Made by a program: the position numbers and the translations under genes
Part shown: one piece after another, positions 10,212 through 18,495 of the stretch
How positions within the stretch are numbered: the first letter of the stretch is position 1
How the letters are laid out: every line of letters starts with the position of its first letter
DNA from: Acidobacteriota bacterium
GTDB taxonomy: Bacteria > Acidobacteriota > Thermoanaerobaculia > Multivoradales > UBA5704
Assembly (NCBI GenBank): GCA_040005235.1
Contig: JBDTZG010000003.1
Location: 168,093 to 232,092, forward strand
Length of the DNA: 64,000 bases
Direction of reading: 5' to 3'
The notes under the pieces: generated by a model
Databases searched by the model: none
The model's input: only the letters and a program-made list of their open reading frames with translations
Told to the model about the DNA's origin: nothing

Positions 10212-10333
10212 TCTACCTATCGGTCGGAGGGGGTAGCGAAATCGAGATCGAGTTGGAGCTAAAATAGGTGAAGGTTCGGCCCCCAGAGCGGCCGGTAAGC
10301 GTGCGGGAGGGGCCGGGGAAAGAGGGGTGTGCG

Positions 10334-10543
10334 ATGACTCAGTGGGAATACAAGATCATCAACATTCGAAGCGAAAACTACCGGCTCGACCCGAACGCCG
10401 CCGTGCAGATGAACCTGCTCGGCGAAGAGGGGTGGGAGCTGGTCTCGATCACCTCGGTAAACTTCAAGTCCGGCGCGACCGATAACATTGCGATGGTGTT
10501 CAAGCGGCCGACCGGTGCGGCGCCGGCCTCCAGCGCCGCCTAG
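10334..10543 (+). CDS. DUF4177-like small protein
   Basis: WEYK...LGEEGWELVS...FKRP pattern. Confidence 0.8.
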   Translation: MTQWEYKIINIRSENYRLDPNAAVQMNLLGEEGWELVSITSVNFKSGATDNIAMVFKRPTGAAPASSAA

Positions 10544-10758
10544 CGCTTCGGGCGCGTCCGCTTCTTGCGCCAGGCCCAAGCCAGCGCGAAGCCGACGGTC
10601 CCGGCCGCCACCGCAAGCAGCAGCGGCTGCTTTTTCGGCACGATACCGAGATCGCGCGATACCGCGTCGCGTACGGCGAGCGCGCGGCGCTCGGCTTCGC
10701 TGCGCGCTTCGGCGAGCAGCATTTCCGCCCTCTGGCGGCTCTCTTCGAGCGAGCTCAC
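10540..10758 (-). CDS. Small membrane protein
   Basis: 72 aa with a C-terminal TM segment and basic tail. Overlaps the upstream stop codon. Confidence 0.6.
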   Translation of the reverse strand: MSSLEESRQRAEMLLAEARSEAERRALAVRDAVSRDLGIVPKKQPLLLAVAAGTVGFALAWAWRKKRTRPKR

Positions 10759-11225
10759 GGCAGTTCCTCCTCGAAATCATCGTACGGCGGGTCGCTTCGC
10801 CTGGATTTTTTACCTTCGCGAGTTTCGCCGGCATCGGCCGCTTCCGCCGTGGCGAGCAGCCGGCCCTGCACCCAATCGATGTGGTCTTCGAGGCGGCGGC
10901 GGGCGACGCCGATCGGGTTTTCCACCTGGGCGACGCTCTTTTGCCCGAGGGCCGCGAGGCCGGCCGCCACCACGGCGAAGACCAGCGCGACGATCAACCC
11001 CGCAGCCCACAGCGGCAGCCAGGTCGCAAGGCCGGCGATGGCGGCCACCACCAGCGCGCCGACCGCCCAGAAGCCGAGCGCCACCGCGCCGCCGAACAGG
11101 CCGACGCCACGCTTCAGGTGATGACCGGAGCGCGCAAAATCATCCTCCAGCCCCTGAAGCTCGGCGCGTAGCACGTCGAGCCACGATTGACCCAGCTCGC
11201 GGACCAGCCTTCCCCAGCCCCCCAC
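10755..11225 (-). CDS. Phage-holin-family-like (YhjD/YqjE-type) membrane protein
   Basis: Amphipathic N-terminus followed by two TM helices (LPLWAAGLIVALVF). Confidence 0.7.
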   Translation of the reverse strand: MGGWGRLVRELGQSWLDVLRAELQGLEDDFARSGHHLKRGVGLFGGAVALGFWAVGALVVAAIAGLATWLPLWAAGLIVALVFAVVAAGLAALGQKSVAQVENPIGVARRRLEDHIDWVQGRLLATAEAADAGETREGKKSRRSDPPYDDFEEELP

Positions 11226-11228
11226 GAC

Positions 11229-12962
11229 CTAGCCCCCCACCACGAGGCTGCGGGCGACGAAGGATGTCGTGTTGGCGACGTCGTCGCGCAGGCCGACAGC
11301 GACCTTCTGCTCGCCCGGCCGCATCAACAGGCTCAAGGTGTAGGTGTAGTACTTCTGGCCGATCTTCGGCACCTCGTCGTTGGGGATCCGGATCGGCACC
11401 ACCGCCTGCTGTACCTCCGAGACTCCTCCCTGGGAGTCCTGCGCCGCGACGAACAGGCGCGCCGAAGCCTCGCTCTCGGTCTCGCGCGGGATCATGACCA
11501 GCTTACCTAGAGGAATCCGCACGTCGACCGGCACGACGAAGAAACCGTCGGAACGCCGGGTCGGGGTGCCGAAATTGATGTCCACGCCAAGCGGATTGCT
11601 CTGAAACGGGAAGCTGAGCGCGGCGAGCGTGCCGTCGTTCATCTGCGTTTCCGCGGTCTTGTCTCGATAGCCTTCGCGGTTCCTCGCGGTCAGGCCCCTC
11701 TTCTTCAGTTTGACCTTGATCTCATGATACCGGCCGTCGCCCGAATGCTGCGGCGAGTAGCCGAGTGAATAGTAGGTGCGAAAGTCGTCGGCGATCTTTT
11801 CCAGGCCGGGCAGGAAGGCGTTGGTGTTGAAGATCGTTTTGCCGCCGGTTTCGTCGGCCATCAGGCGGATCGAGCTCTGGACGTTCTGGATCTGGATCTG
11901 GTCGATGAACACGCCCTGGCCGGGCGTCTGGTTTTCGGCCGAGATCGAGGAATAGCCGCGCAGACCCGCGGCGTCGATCGTGTAGAACGTGACGCGGTTG
12001 GCGTTGGCGGTCGAGGTCAGCTCGCGGAAGCGGCGCGAGGTGTCGTAGTCGAAGGACTCGGTGATGCCGGTCGTGTCCTTGAATTTCTCCTGTACCGCGT
12101 AATAGACGTCCTGGCCGACGATCAATTGCAGGCCGTCGCTCACATAGATCACGGCTTTCCGGCCCGGCATGCCGGCCAAACCGTTGACGATGTCGCGCAG
12201 AGCGTCGATCGAGAAGGCGAGGTCGTTGTATTGCGATTCGGCGTAGGAGCGGGCGTAGCCGAGCGCCTCGCTCGCGCCCTGCGCGTCCTCGATCCGCTGG
12301 AGCGCGTCGCGCCGCTCGGAATCGGCGCTGGTGCCCTGAGCCGAGATCTTTTCCATCGCCACGAGCTGCGAATTGATCAGGCTGGGATCGCTGGTCAGCT
12401 GCTGACGGACATGCACCGACCGGTCGTAGGAGACCAGCATCATCAGGTCGTCGCGCCGCAGCTTGGTGTTCAGAAACACCCGCAGATCCTTGAGCACCCG
12501 GTTGCGGTTGAACGGCCGAAGGTTGACGTTGTCGACGTAGACGATCAGCACCAGCCGCTGGTCTTCCGGATTCGGCAAGGTCGCCGAGACCTCGGGCGCC
12601 GGTGCCGGGGTTTCCCCGTTGGGCACCACCAGCAGGGGCGCGCCGGTGGTCACCGGCTTGCCTTCGTCCATCGAGAAGAAGTTGGTGATCGCCATCGGCC
12701 GGCCGTCTTCGAAGATCTGGAAATCGTCGCGGTTAAGGCCCTTCACGCGATTGCCCTTCGAATCGGTGACGTAGACGTCGACGTTGACGACGCTGACGTT
12801 CACGGTCTCGCCGATGAAACCGCCGGCCACGTCCGCCGGCTTCGATTTGTCGGCGGGCTTGGCGGCGGGCGGGGGGGCCGGTTTCGCCTGGGCTACGCCC
12901 GACCCCGCGGCGCAGAGGGTGAAGACCAACAGGGCGGCGGCGGTTTGCAAAACTCTCTTCAT
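11229..12962 (-). CDS. Exported VWA-domain protein (Acidobacterial VWFA-related type)
   Basis: VVNVDVYVTDSKG...GLNRDDFQIFEDG, GRKAVIYVSDG, YYSLGYSP. Confidence 0.85.
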   Translation of the reverse strand: MKRVLQTAAALLVFTLCAAGSGVAQAKPAPPPAAKPADKSKPADVAGGFIGETVNVSVVNVDVYVTDSKGNRVKGLNRDDFQIFEDGRPMAITNFFSMDEGKPVTTGAPLLVVPNGETPAPAPEVSATLPNPEDQRLVLIVYVDNVNLRPFNRNRVLKDLRVFLNTKLRRDDLMMLVSYDRSVHVRQQLTSDPSLINSQLVAMEKISAQGTSADSERRDALQRIEDAQGASEALGYARSYAESQYNDLAFSIDALRDIVNGLAGMPGRKAVIYVSDGLQLIVGQDVYYAVQEKFKDTTGITESFDYDTSRRFRELTSTANANRVTFYTIDAAGLRGYSSISAENQTPGQGVFIDQIQIQNVQSSIRLMADETGGKTIFNTNAFLPGLEKIADDFRTYYSLGYSPQHSGDGRYHEIKVKLKKRGLTARNREGYRDKTAETQMNDGTLAALSFPFQSNPLGVDINFGTPTRRSDGFFVVPVDVRIPLGKLVMIPRETESEASARLFVAAQDSQGGVSEVQQAVVPIRIPNDEVPKIGQKYYTYTLSLLMRPGEQKVAVGLRDDVANTTSFVARSLVVGG

Positions 12963-13020
12963 CGGGTCTCTCTTCTCGATTCTCTGACGGCCAAGGGCAT
13001 TATATGAGGCTTGACCGGGC

Positions 13021-14697
13021 TCATTTCGGAGGCGTGATCTCGACCTGCGCCGCGAGCAGGCGACCGCTCGCCGGATCGAAGATCGACAGCACCAGCTTTT
13101 GCCGGATCTTGCGCAGCTTGATCGTCGTGTCGTAGCGCAGGAAGCCGCCCGCCTGCGGCGCCTTGACCGTGGTGACCACCAGCGGCGTCACCGGCACGTC
13201 GGAGCGATTGCCTTTTTCGTCCACCGCCGCGGCGCGCAGCTCCAGCTGCGCTTTGTACTTGCCGTCGATCGGCAGCATCGTGATCGCGTCGACCGGGATC
13301 GCCAGCGTCAAAGGTACGCTGATCTCCCGCTTCGCTGCGGGCTTGATCGCGCCGACCTGGACGGGCATCGATTCGCTCCCCGGCGGGTTGCCGAAGAAGA
13401 GCGCGCTTTCCACCATCAGCGAGACCTCGGTCGACTTCGAAAGGTCCTTGAAAGAGTCGCGGAAACGCACGGTGAGGCCCGACCGCACCGCCTCAACTTT
13501 GATCCGATGCCGGATGTCATCCCCCTGGCGATTCGGGGTGAAGCCGAGCCAGTAGAACGACCGGGTATCGCTGGTCGCCTTTTCGAGCGCGTGGAGCGAG
13601 TTGCCGTTCAAGAGCGGCGTGCCGCCGGTCTGCCGGGCGATGAAATCGAGCGAGTCGTGGAGCTGGTTCTCGCGCAGGTTGAGCGCGCTGGTCGAAGGCG
13701 CCGGCCCTTCCTGGCTCGCGTCGGTGACGCTGCTTTCGAGCCCCGGGACGTCGACCGGATAGATCGTATAGCCGAGCAGGTTCGCGGTATCGGAGAGCGG
13801 CGAAAACAGCTTTTCGCCCTCCGGCACGTCGCGCTCCGAGACCGGGCGGTTCGGATCGTTGATCGCGTAATCGGCCGGCGCGTAGGGCCAGCCGCCGGAG
13901 AGCAACAGCATGACTTTCCGCCCCGGCGGCGAGGCGAAGCCGCGGAGCGTCGTCACCGCGGCCGATACCGAACGCTCGACTTGGCTCGCGAGCCCCTCCG
14001 CGTACTGCAGCTCGTCGATCTCCAGCCGGGTGTTGAGCCGGGTTTCGCGATCGCCGAAGAAACCGGTCACTTGGCGCCGCGAGGTCTCGAAGCTGCGCAG
14101 CTCGGCCACCCGTTCGAGGCCATGGGCGCGGCGCACGAGCGCCTGGTCGAACGCGCGGGACAGGGCGTTGGCGGAGGACGACCAGGTGGAGAGCATGTCG
14201 ACGCTCTTGCCGTCGAACGCCACGATCGCCATCCGATCCTGCGGCCCCAGGCGCGACAGGTTGTCCTTGAACGAGCGGATCACCTTGTCGCGCTGTGCCG
14301 CTATCGAGAAGTAGTCGTCGATGAACACCAGGTAGCTGGTGCCGACGTCGCTGCCCGGAGCGAGGCCCGCGAGGCCGGGCACCGGGGAGCTGGTGGCGGC
14401 GGAGCCTTCGGCGTCCGTCGAGGCCACCGCGATCGCCTGGCCGCCGCGCACCTCGGTGAAGTACTCGATCGGCACCACCTTGCCGTCGACCTTGAGCCGG
14501 AAGTCGCCGGTTTTCAAGTCGGGCACCCGGTTGCCCTGCTTGTCGGTGACGACGACCTCGACGTTGACCACCCGGACTTCGATCAGCTCGCCGAATACCG
14601 CCGGGCCGGCCGATTGTGCCCGCGCGGAAGCGGCAGATAGGAGAACCGCGCACGTCGCGGCAAAGGTCGGTAGGGAAACGGCAATTCGGTGGCGCAT
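13021..14697 (-). CDS. Exported VWA-domain protein (paralog of the neighbouring gene)
   Basis: VVNVEVVVTDKQGN, GRKVMLLLSGG, FYWLGFTP. Start placed at MRHRIAV. Confidence 0.85.
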   Translation of the reverse strand: MRHRIAVSLPTFAATCAVLLSAASARAQSAGPAVFGELIEVRVVNVEVVVTDKQGNRVPDLKTGDFRLKVDGKVVPIEYFTEVRGGQAIAVASTDAEGSAATSSPVPGLAGLAPGSDVGTSYLVFIDDYFSIAAQRDKVIRSFKDNLSRLGPQDRMAIVAFDGKSVDMLSTWSSSANALSRAFDQALVRRAHGLERVAELRSFETSRRQVTGFFGDRETRLNTRLEIDELQYAEGLASQVERSVSAAVTTLRGFASPPGRKVMLLLSGGWPYAPADYAINDPNRPVSERDVPEGEKLFSPLSDTANLLGYTIYPVDVPGLESSVTDASQEGPAPSTSALNLRENQLHDSLDFIARQTGGTPLLNGNSLHALEKATSDTRSFYWLGFTPNRQGDDIRHRIKVEAVRSGLTVRFRDSFKDLSKSTEVSLMVESALFFGNPPGSESMPVQVGAIKPAAKREISVPLTLAIPVDAITMLPIDGKYKAQLELRAAAVDEKGNRSDVPVTPLVVTTVKAPQAGGFLRYDTTIKLRKIRQKLVLSIFDPASGRLLAAQVEITPPK

Positions 14698-14865
14698 TCG
14701 AGAGATCCTCCGGGGAGTCTGGTCGCGGGCCATCACGGCACGAAGGAATCCCCTCCCATTCTTCCGCAAGAAGCGTACCCGCAAACCCTCGTCGGCAGAC
14801 AGACCGTTCGAACCGAAGAAACGTCCCCCGCCGAGGACGCGGCTGCGGATTGTGCCCTCGCTTCC

Positions 14866-15903
14866 TCAGCGACCGGGTCGGCGCAGCAGGTGGCCGACGA
14901 TCCGGCCGCCATGGTCGCGCGAGTTCTCGATGAAGATCCGATCGGTCGTCCGGCCGGCTTGAATGGTACCCGCGACGTAGAGCCCCGGCACGTTCGACTC
15001 GCAGGTCGCAGGATCGAACGCCGGCACCAGCGTCTCGGGTTCGATCGCGATTCCGGAACGGGCGAGCAGGTCCATCTCGGGGCGATAGCCGACCAGAACG
15101 TAAACGGCATCGGCCGGCAGGAGTTGCCGCGCGGCGTCCGCCTCGGCTCCAACGCCGGCGATCTCGACGAACCCCGACCGGAACGCGCGGACCTCCGATT
15201 CGAAGTAGCCGGGGATCGACCCTTCGGCGATCCGGTTCTCAATGTCCGGCTTGAGCCAATATTTCACCCCCGGCTTGGTCGCCGCCCGGCGGTGGACGAG
15301 AGACACTTTGGCACCGTTGCGCCAGAGGTCGAGCGCCGCCTCGACCGCGGTATTGCCGCCGCCGACGATCACCACCGGCTCGCCGTAGTGCAGATAGGGC
15401 TCGAGATATCGGGTGTGGACGTGCGGCAGGTCCTCCCCCGGGACGCCCAAGCGGAGAGGGTTGCCGAAATAGCCGGTCGCAAAGACGACCGCCCGCGCCC
15501 TGCGGATCCGCGGCTCACCGATCCGCGGCGAGGCGGCCTCGCAAACCACCCGGAAATCGCCGCCGGGCTCAAGCGCCACCTCGGACACCGATTCGTGGAG
15601 GACGAACGGAATCTTGTGGTGCTCGACCACGAAGCGGTAATAGGCGAGCGCCTGGCGCCGGGTCGGCTTGTCCTCCGGAATCGAAAACGGAACCTCGGCG
15701 ATCTCCAGCCGGTCCCGGGTGGTGAAGAACTCCATGAACGTCGGGTACCCCTGGATCGCCGCGGTCAACCCGCCGCGATCGATCAGCAGCACCGAAAGCC
15801 CGGCCTTGCGCGCCTCGGCACCGATCGAAATGCCGGTCGGTCCGGCGCCGATCACCAGCAGGTCGAGAACCTCTTCCTTTCCTTCTACGGCGTCTGTGCT
15901 CAA
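14866..15903 (-). CDS. YpdA-family FAD-dependent disulfide reductase
   Basis: IGAGPTG, YPTFMEFFTT, KPTRRQALAYYR, VKYWLKPDIENRI, IFIENSRDH. The TTG start overlaps the thiD stop. Confidence 0.88.
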   Translation of the reverse strand: MSTDAVEGKEEVLDLLVIGAGPTGISIGAEARKAGLSVLLIDRGGLTAAIQGYPTFMEFFTTRDRLEIAEVPFSIPEDKPTRRQALAYYRFVVEHHKIPFVLHESVSEVALEPGGDFRVVCEAASPRIGEPRIRRARAVVFATGYFGNPLRLGVPGEDLPHVHTRYLEPYLHYGEPVVIVGGGNTAVEAALDLWRNGAKVSLVHRRAATKPGVKYWLKPDIENRIAEGSIPGYFESEVRAFRSGFVEIAGVGAEADAARQLLPADAVYVLVGYRPEMDLLARSGIAIEPETLVPAFDPATCESNVPGLYVAGTIQAGRTTDRIFIENSRDHGGRIVGHLLRRPGR

Positions 15904-16715
15904 GCGAAACCCTCCCCACGAGCGAAACGATAGAGATGATCGACCGGGCCGGCGCCCTGCCCCAACGGAACCGCCGCAGCAATAGCGCCACGCAAGTACT
16001 CGATCGCGCCGCCGACGGCTTCGGCCAACGCCTCGCCGCGCGCGAGCCGCGCCGCGATCGCCGAAGAGAGAGTGCAACCGGTGCCGTGCGTCGAGCGGCT
16101 GGCGATCCGGCGGTGGACGAAGCGATGAACCCCGTCCGGCGTCCAGAGCAGGTCGATCAACTCGTCCCCGTCTCCGTGCCCGCCCTTGACCAGAACCGCC
16201 GGGCCGAGCGCTCCTATTTCGGCCGCCGCGGCCAAGCGCTCCGTTTCCGTCGCCGACGGCCGGCCGGAAAGCTCTACCAGCTCCGGCAGATTCGGCGTCA
16301 CGATCGTCGCGTGCGGCAGCAGCTCTTCCCGCAGGGTGGCTACCGCCTCCTCGGAGAGCAGGCGGGCGCCGCTTTTCGCGATCATCACCGGATCGAGCAC
16401 GATCGGCAGACCGGGCCGTGCGTGGAACCGTAGGCGATCGGCCACCGTGCGGACCAGCTCCGGGGTGGCGAGCATGCCGATCTTCACCCCGTCGACCCCC
16501 AGGTCCTCGAACACCGCGTCGATCTGCTGCCCCACGAACTCAGCCGGGGCGCCGTGGACCGCGCGCACCTCGCGCGTGTTCTGGGCGGTGAGCACCACGA
16601 TCGCGCTCATGCCGTAGGCGCCATGGGCGGCGAAGGTCTTCAAATCCGCCTGGATTCCCGCGCCGCCGCCCGAGTCGGACCCGGCGATCGTGAGCAGGCG
16701 AGATAGGGCCGGCAT
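15900..16715 (-). CDS. thiD: Hydroxymethylpyrimidine/phosphomethylpyrimidine kinase
   Basis: IAGSDSGGGAGIQADLKT, DPVMIAKSG, TPNLPE, THGTGCTLSSAI. Confidence 0.95.
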   Translation of the reverse strand: MPALSRLLTIAGSDSGGGAGIQADLKTFAAHGAYGMSAIVVLTAQNTREVRAVHGAPAEFVGQQIDAVFEDLGVDGVKIGMLATPELVRTVADRLRFHARPGLPIVLDPVMIAKSGARLLSEEAVATLREELLPHATIVTPNLPELVELSGRPSATETERLAAAAEIGALGPAVLVKGGHGDGDELIDLLWTPDGVHRFVHRRIASRSTHGTGCTLSSAIAARLARGEALAEAVGGAIEYLRGAIAAAVPLGQGAGPVDHLYRFARGEGFA

Positions 16716-16746
16716 CGGTTCCGCGGCGCCTCCTTGGAAGAAAACC

Positions 16747-17577
16747 TTAGGCCACGCGCCGCGCTGGAGCGCCCGGAACCGAACCCGCCGCCGGCCGGCG
16801 CATCCAGAGCCCGGCGAGGACCACCAGGATGCCGAGGCTTAAGCCCTGGGCAACCGTGAGCCCGCCCAGGAACCGGTCGTCCTTGGCCCGCAGGAACTCG
16901 ACGCCGAACCGTTCGACCGCGAGCAGAGCCAGCACCACGACGGAGGTGGTGCCGGGCCGGAAACGGCGGCGCAGAACGCTCACCCCCACCCACCAGATCA
17001 ACAAACCCAGGGCGGTCTCATAGAGCTGGGTCGGATGGACCGGCACCAACTGAGTATCCGGCACCGACGCCGGCACCGTGTAATGGAAAATCTCGCGCAG
17101 ATTGCCCGCCGTGGTTTCCGGCAACCCATGGGGAAAGATCACCCCGAGCGGACCGTCCGTCGGCCGGCCGTAGTCGTCCCCGACCAGAAAACACCCGATC
17201 CGGCCGATGCCATAACCGAGCGCAAGCCCCGGCATCGCCGCGTCGCACACCTGCCAAGGAGGCAGATGCCGCCGCCGCAGGGTAAAGATCACCGCCGCCG
17301 CGCCGAGGATGAAACCGCCGTACCAGACCAGGCCCGAGCGATCGAACAGCAGATGCCAATCACCGTAGAGGATCGCGTAATAGATCTTAGAGCCCAGGAT
17401 GCCGCCGACCCCCGCCGCGAACACGAGCGCGCTCGCATCCTCGTCGTCGCCCACCCCCTGGTAGATCAGTCCCCAACGCAGCTGAAAGTAGCTGACGAGG
17501 AAGGCTACGACCAGCATCACCCCGAACGGGCTGATCGGAATCCCGAAATAGGGAATCTTAAATAACTCCTGGATCAT
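16747..17577 (-). CDS. lgt: Prolipoprotein diacylglyceryl transferase
   Basis: GLVWYGG, IGRIGCFL-GDDYG, HPTQLYE, RFGVEFLR. Confidence 0.93.
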   Translation of the reverse strand: MIQELFKIPYFGIPISPFGVMLVVAFLVSYFQLRWGLIYQGVGDDEDASALVFAAGVGGILGSKIYYAILYGDWHLLFDRSGLVWYGGFILGAAAVIFTLRRRHLPPWQVCDAAMPGLALGYGIGRIGCFLVGDDYGRPTDGPLGVIFPHGLPETTAGNLREIFHYTVPASVPDTQLVPVHPTQLYETALGLLIWWVGVSVLRRRFRPGTTSVVVLALLAVERFGVEFLRAKDDRFLGGLTVAQGLSLGILVVLAGLWMRRPAAGSVPGAPARRVA

Positions 17578-17619
17578 GCGGCAGCTCCCCGAATCGGCAC
17601 ATCGTACCAGGCCGGTCGT

Positions 17620-18456
17620 CTACCCGCGGCGATTCCGCTCCCGGGCTCGTTCGACGAACTCCGGATGGGCCGGCAGGGTGACCCGAAAGTAGTTTCGTTC
17701 CGCGTCGAAATCGAAAATCGGCGGAGGGGAGCCGTTCTGCGCCATCGCCCGGAAGACTTTCGGGATCCCCGTACCTCGCGCCTCCGCCAATCGAAGCTCT
17801 TTGAGCAACTCACCGATGCGCCGGTTTCGTGCCGGGATCGGCGGCACCTTCGCGCCGGGTTCGAATTGTTTCGCTTCGATCCCGTAGACCGGACCTGGAT
17901 AGCTGATGACCTCGATCCGGTCCGGGTAGAGGTAGACCTTGGTCGGTTCCAGCATGTTCTCGTAGCTCCGATGGTAGATCGCGTTCGCGAGCGATTCCTC
18001 CAACGCGGGCACCGGAAAGCTGGCCCAGCCACGCGTCTCCGGTCGGTCGTCTACCTTCTCGATATGCTGAGTGGACAGACCTGCGAGGTAACGAAGCGCA
18101 TCGCGCAGCTGGCGGTCGAGCGGGCCGCGAAAGACGTGCTCCTCGATCACGTTTCCCGCAGGACCGTCCGGAAAATCGACGACCTCAATCCGCGCACCGG
18201 GAAACCACTCTTCCGGATCGTCGGCGAAGAACAGGAGTGAGATGTTTTTAGGTACCTCATGCCCGTTGATCGGAGCCGAGAGCTGCATCTGACGGTAGAT
18301 CTCGAGAGCATCCGGCTCGTTGAGGAGGTCACTCCGGGCCGCAGAGAGGAACTCGCGAACCATCTGTGAGCGGATCTTTTCTAGCGGAACTCTCGGTGCC
18401 TCCCGCTCCTCGAATGAAATCCAAGTCCTCAGGAGACTGTCCACCGCCTTTGTCAC
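17620..18456 (-). CDS. ATP-binding protein with RecG C-terminal/HATPase_c_4-like domain, probably N-terminally truncated
   Basis: ALEESLANAIYHRSY, DRIEVISYPG, RNRRIGELLKELRLAEARGTGIPK. No N-terminal AlbA_2 domain, and GC3 looks lower than in flanking genes. Confidence 0.75.
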   Translation of the reverse strand: MTKAVDSLLRTWISFEEREAPRVPLEKIRSQMVREFLSAARSDLLNEPDALEIYRQMQLSAPINGHEVPKNISLLFFADDPEEWFPGARIEVVDFPDGPAGNVIEEHVFRGPLDRQLRDALRYLAGLSTQHIEKVDDRPETRGWASFPVPALEESLANAIYHRSYENMLEPTKVYLYPDRIEVISYPGPVYGIEAKQFEPGAKVPPIPARNRRIGELLKELRLAEARGTGIPKVFRAMAQNGSPPPIFDFDAERNYFRVTLPAHPEFVERARERNRRG

Positions 18457-18495
18457 CGCATCTCAAATCTGCAGGTCCGAGCGCCCTACCGGCCC

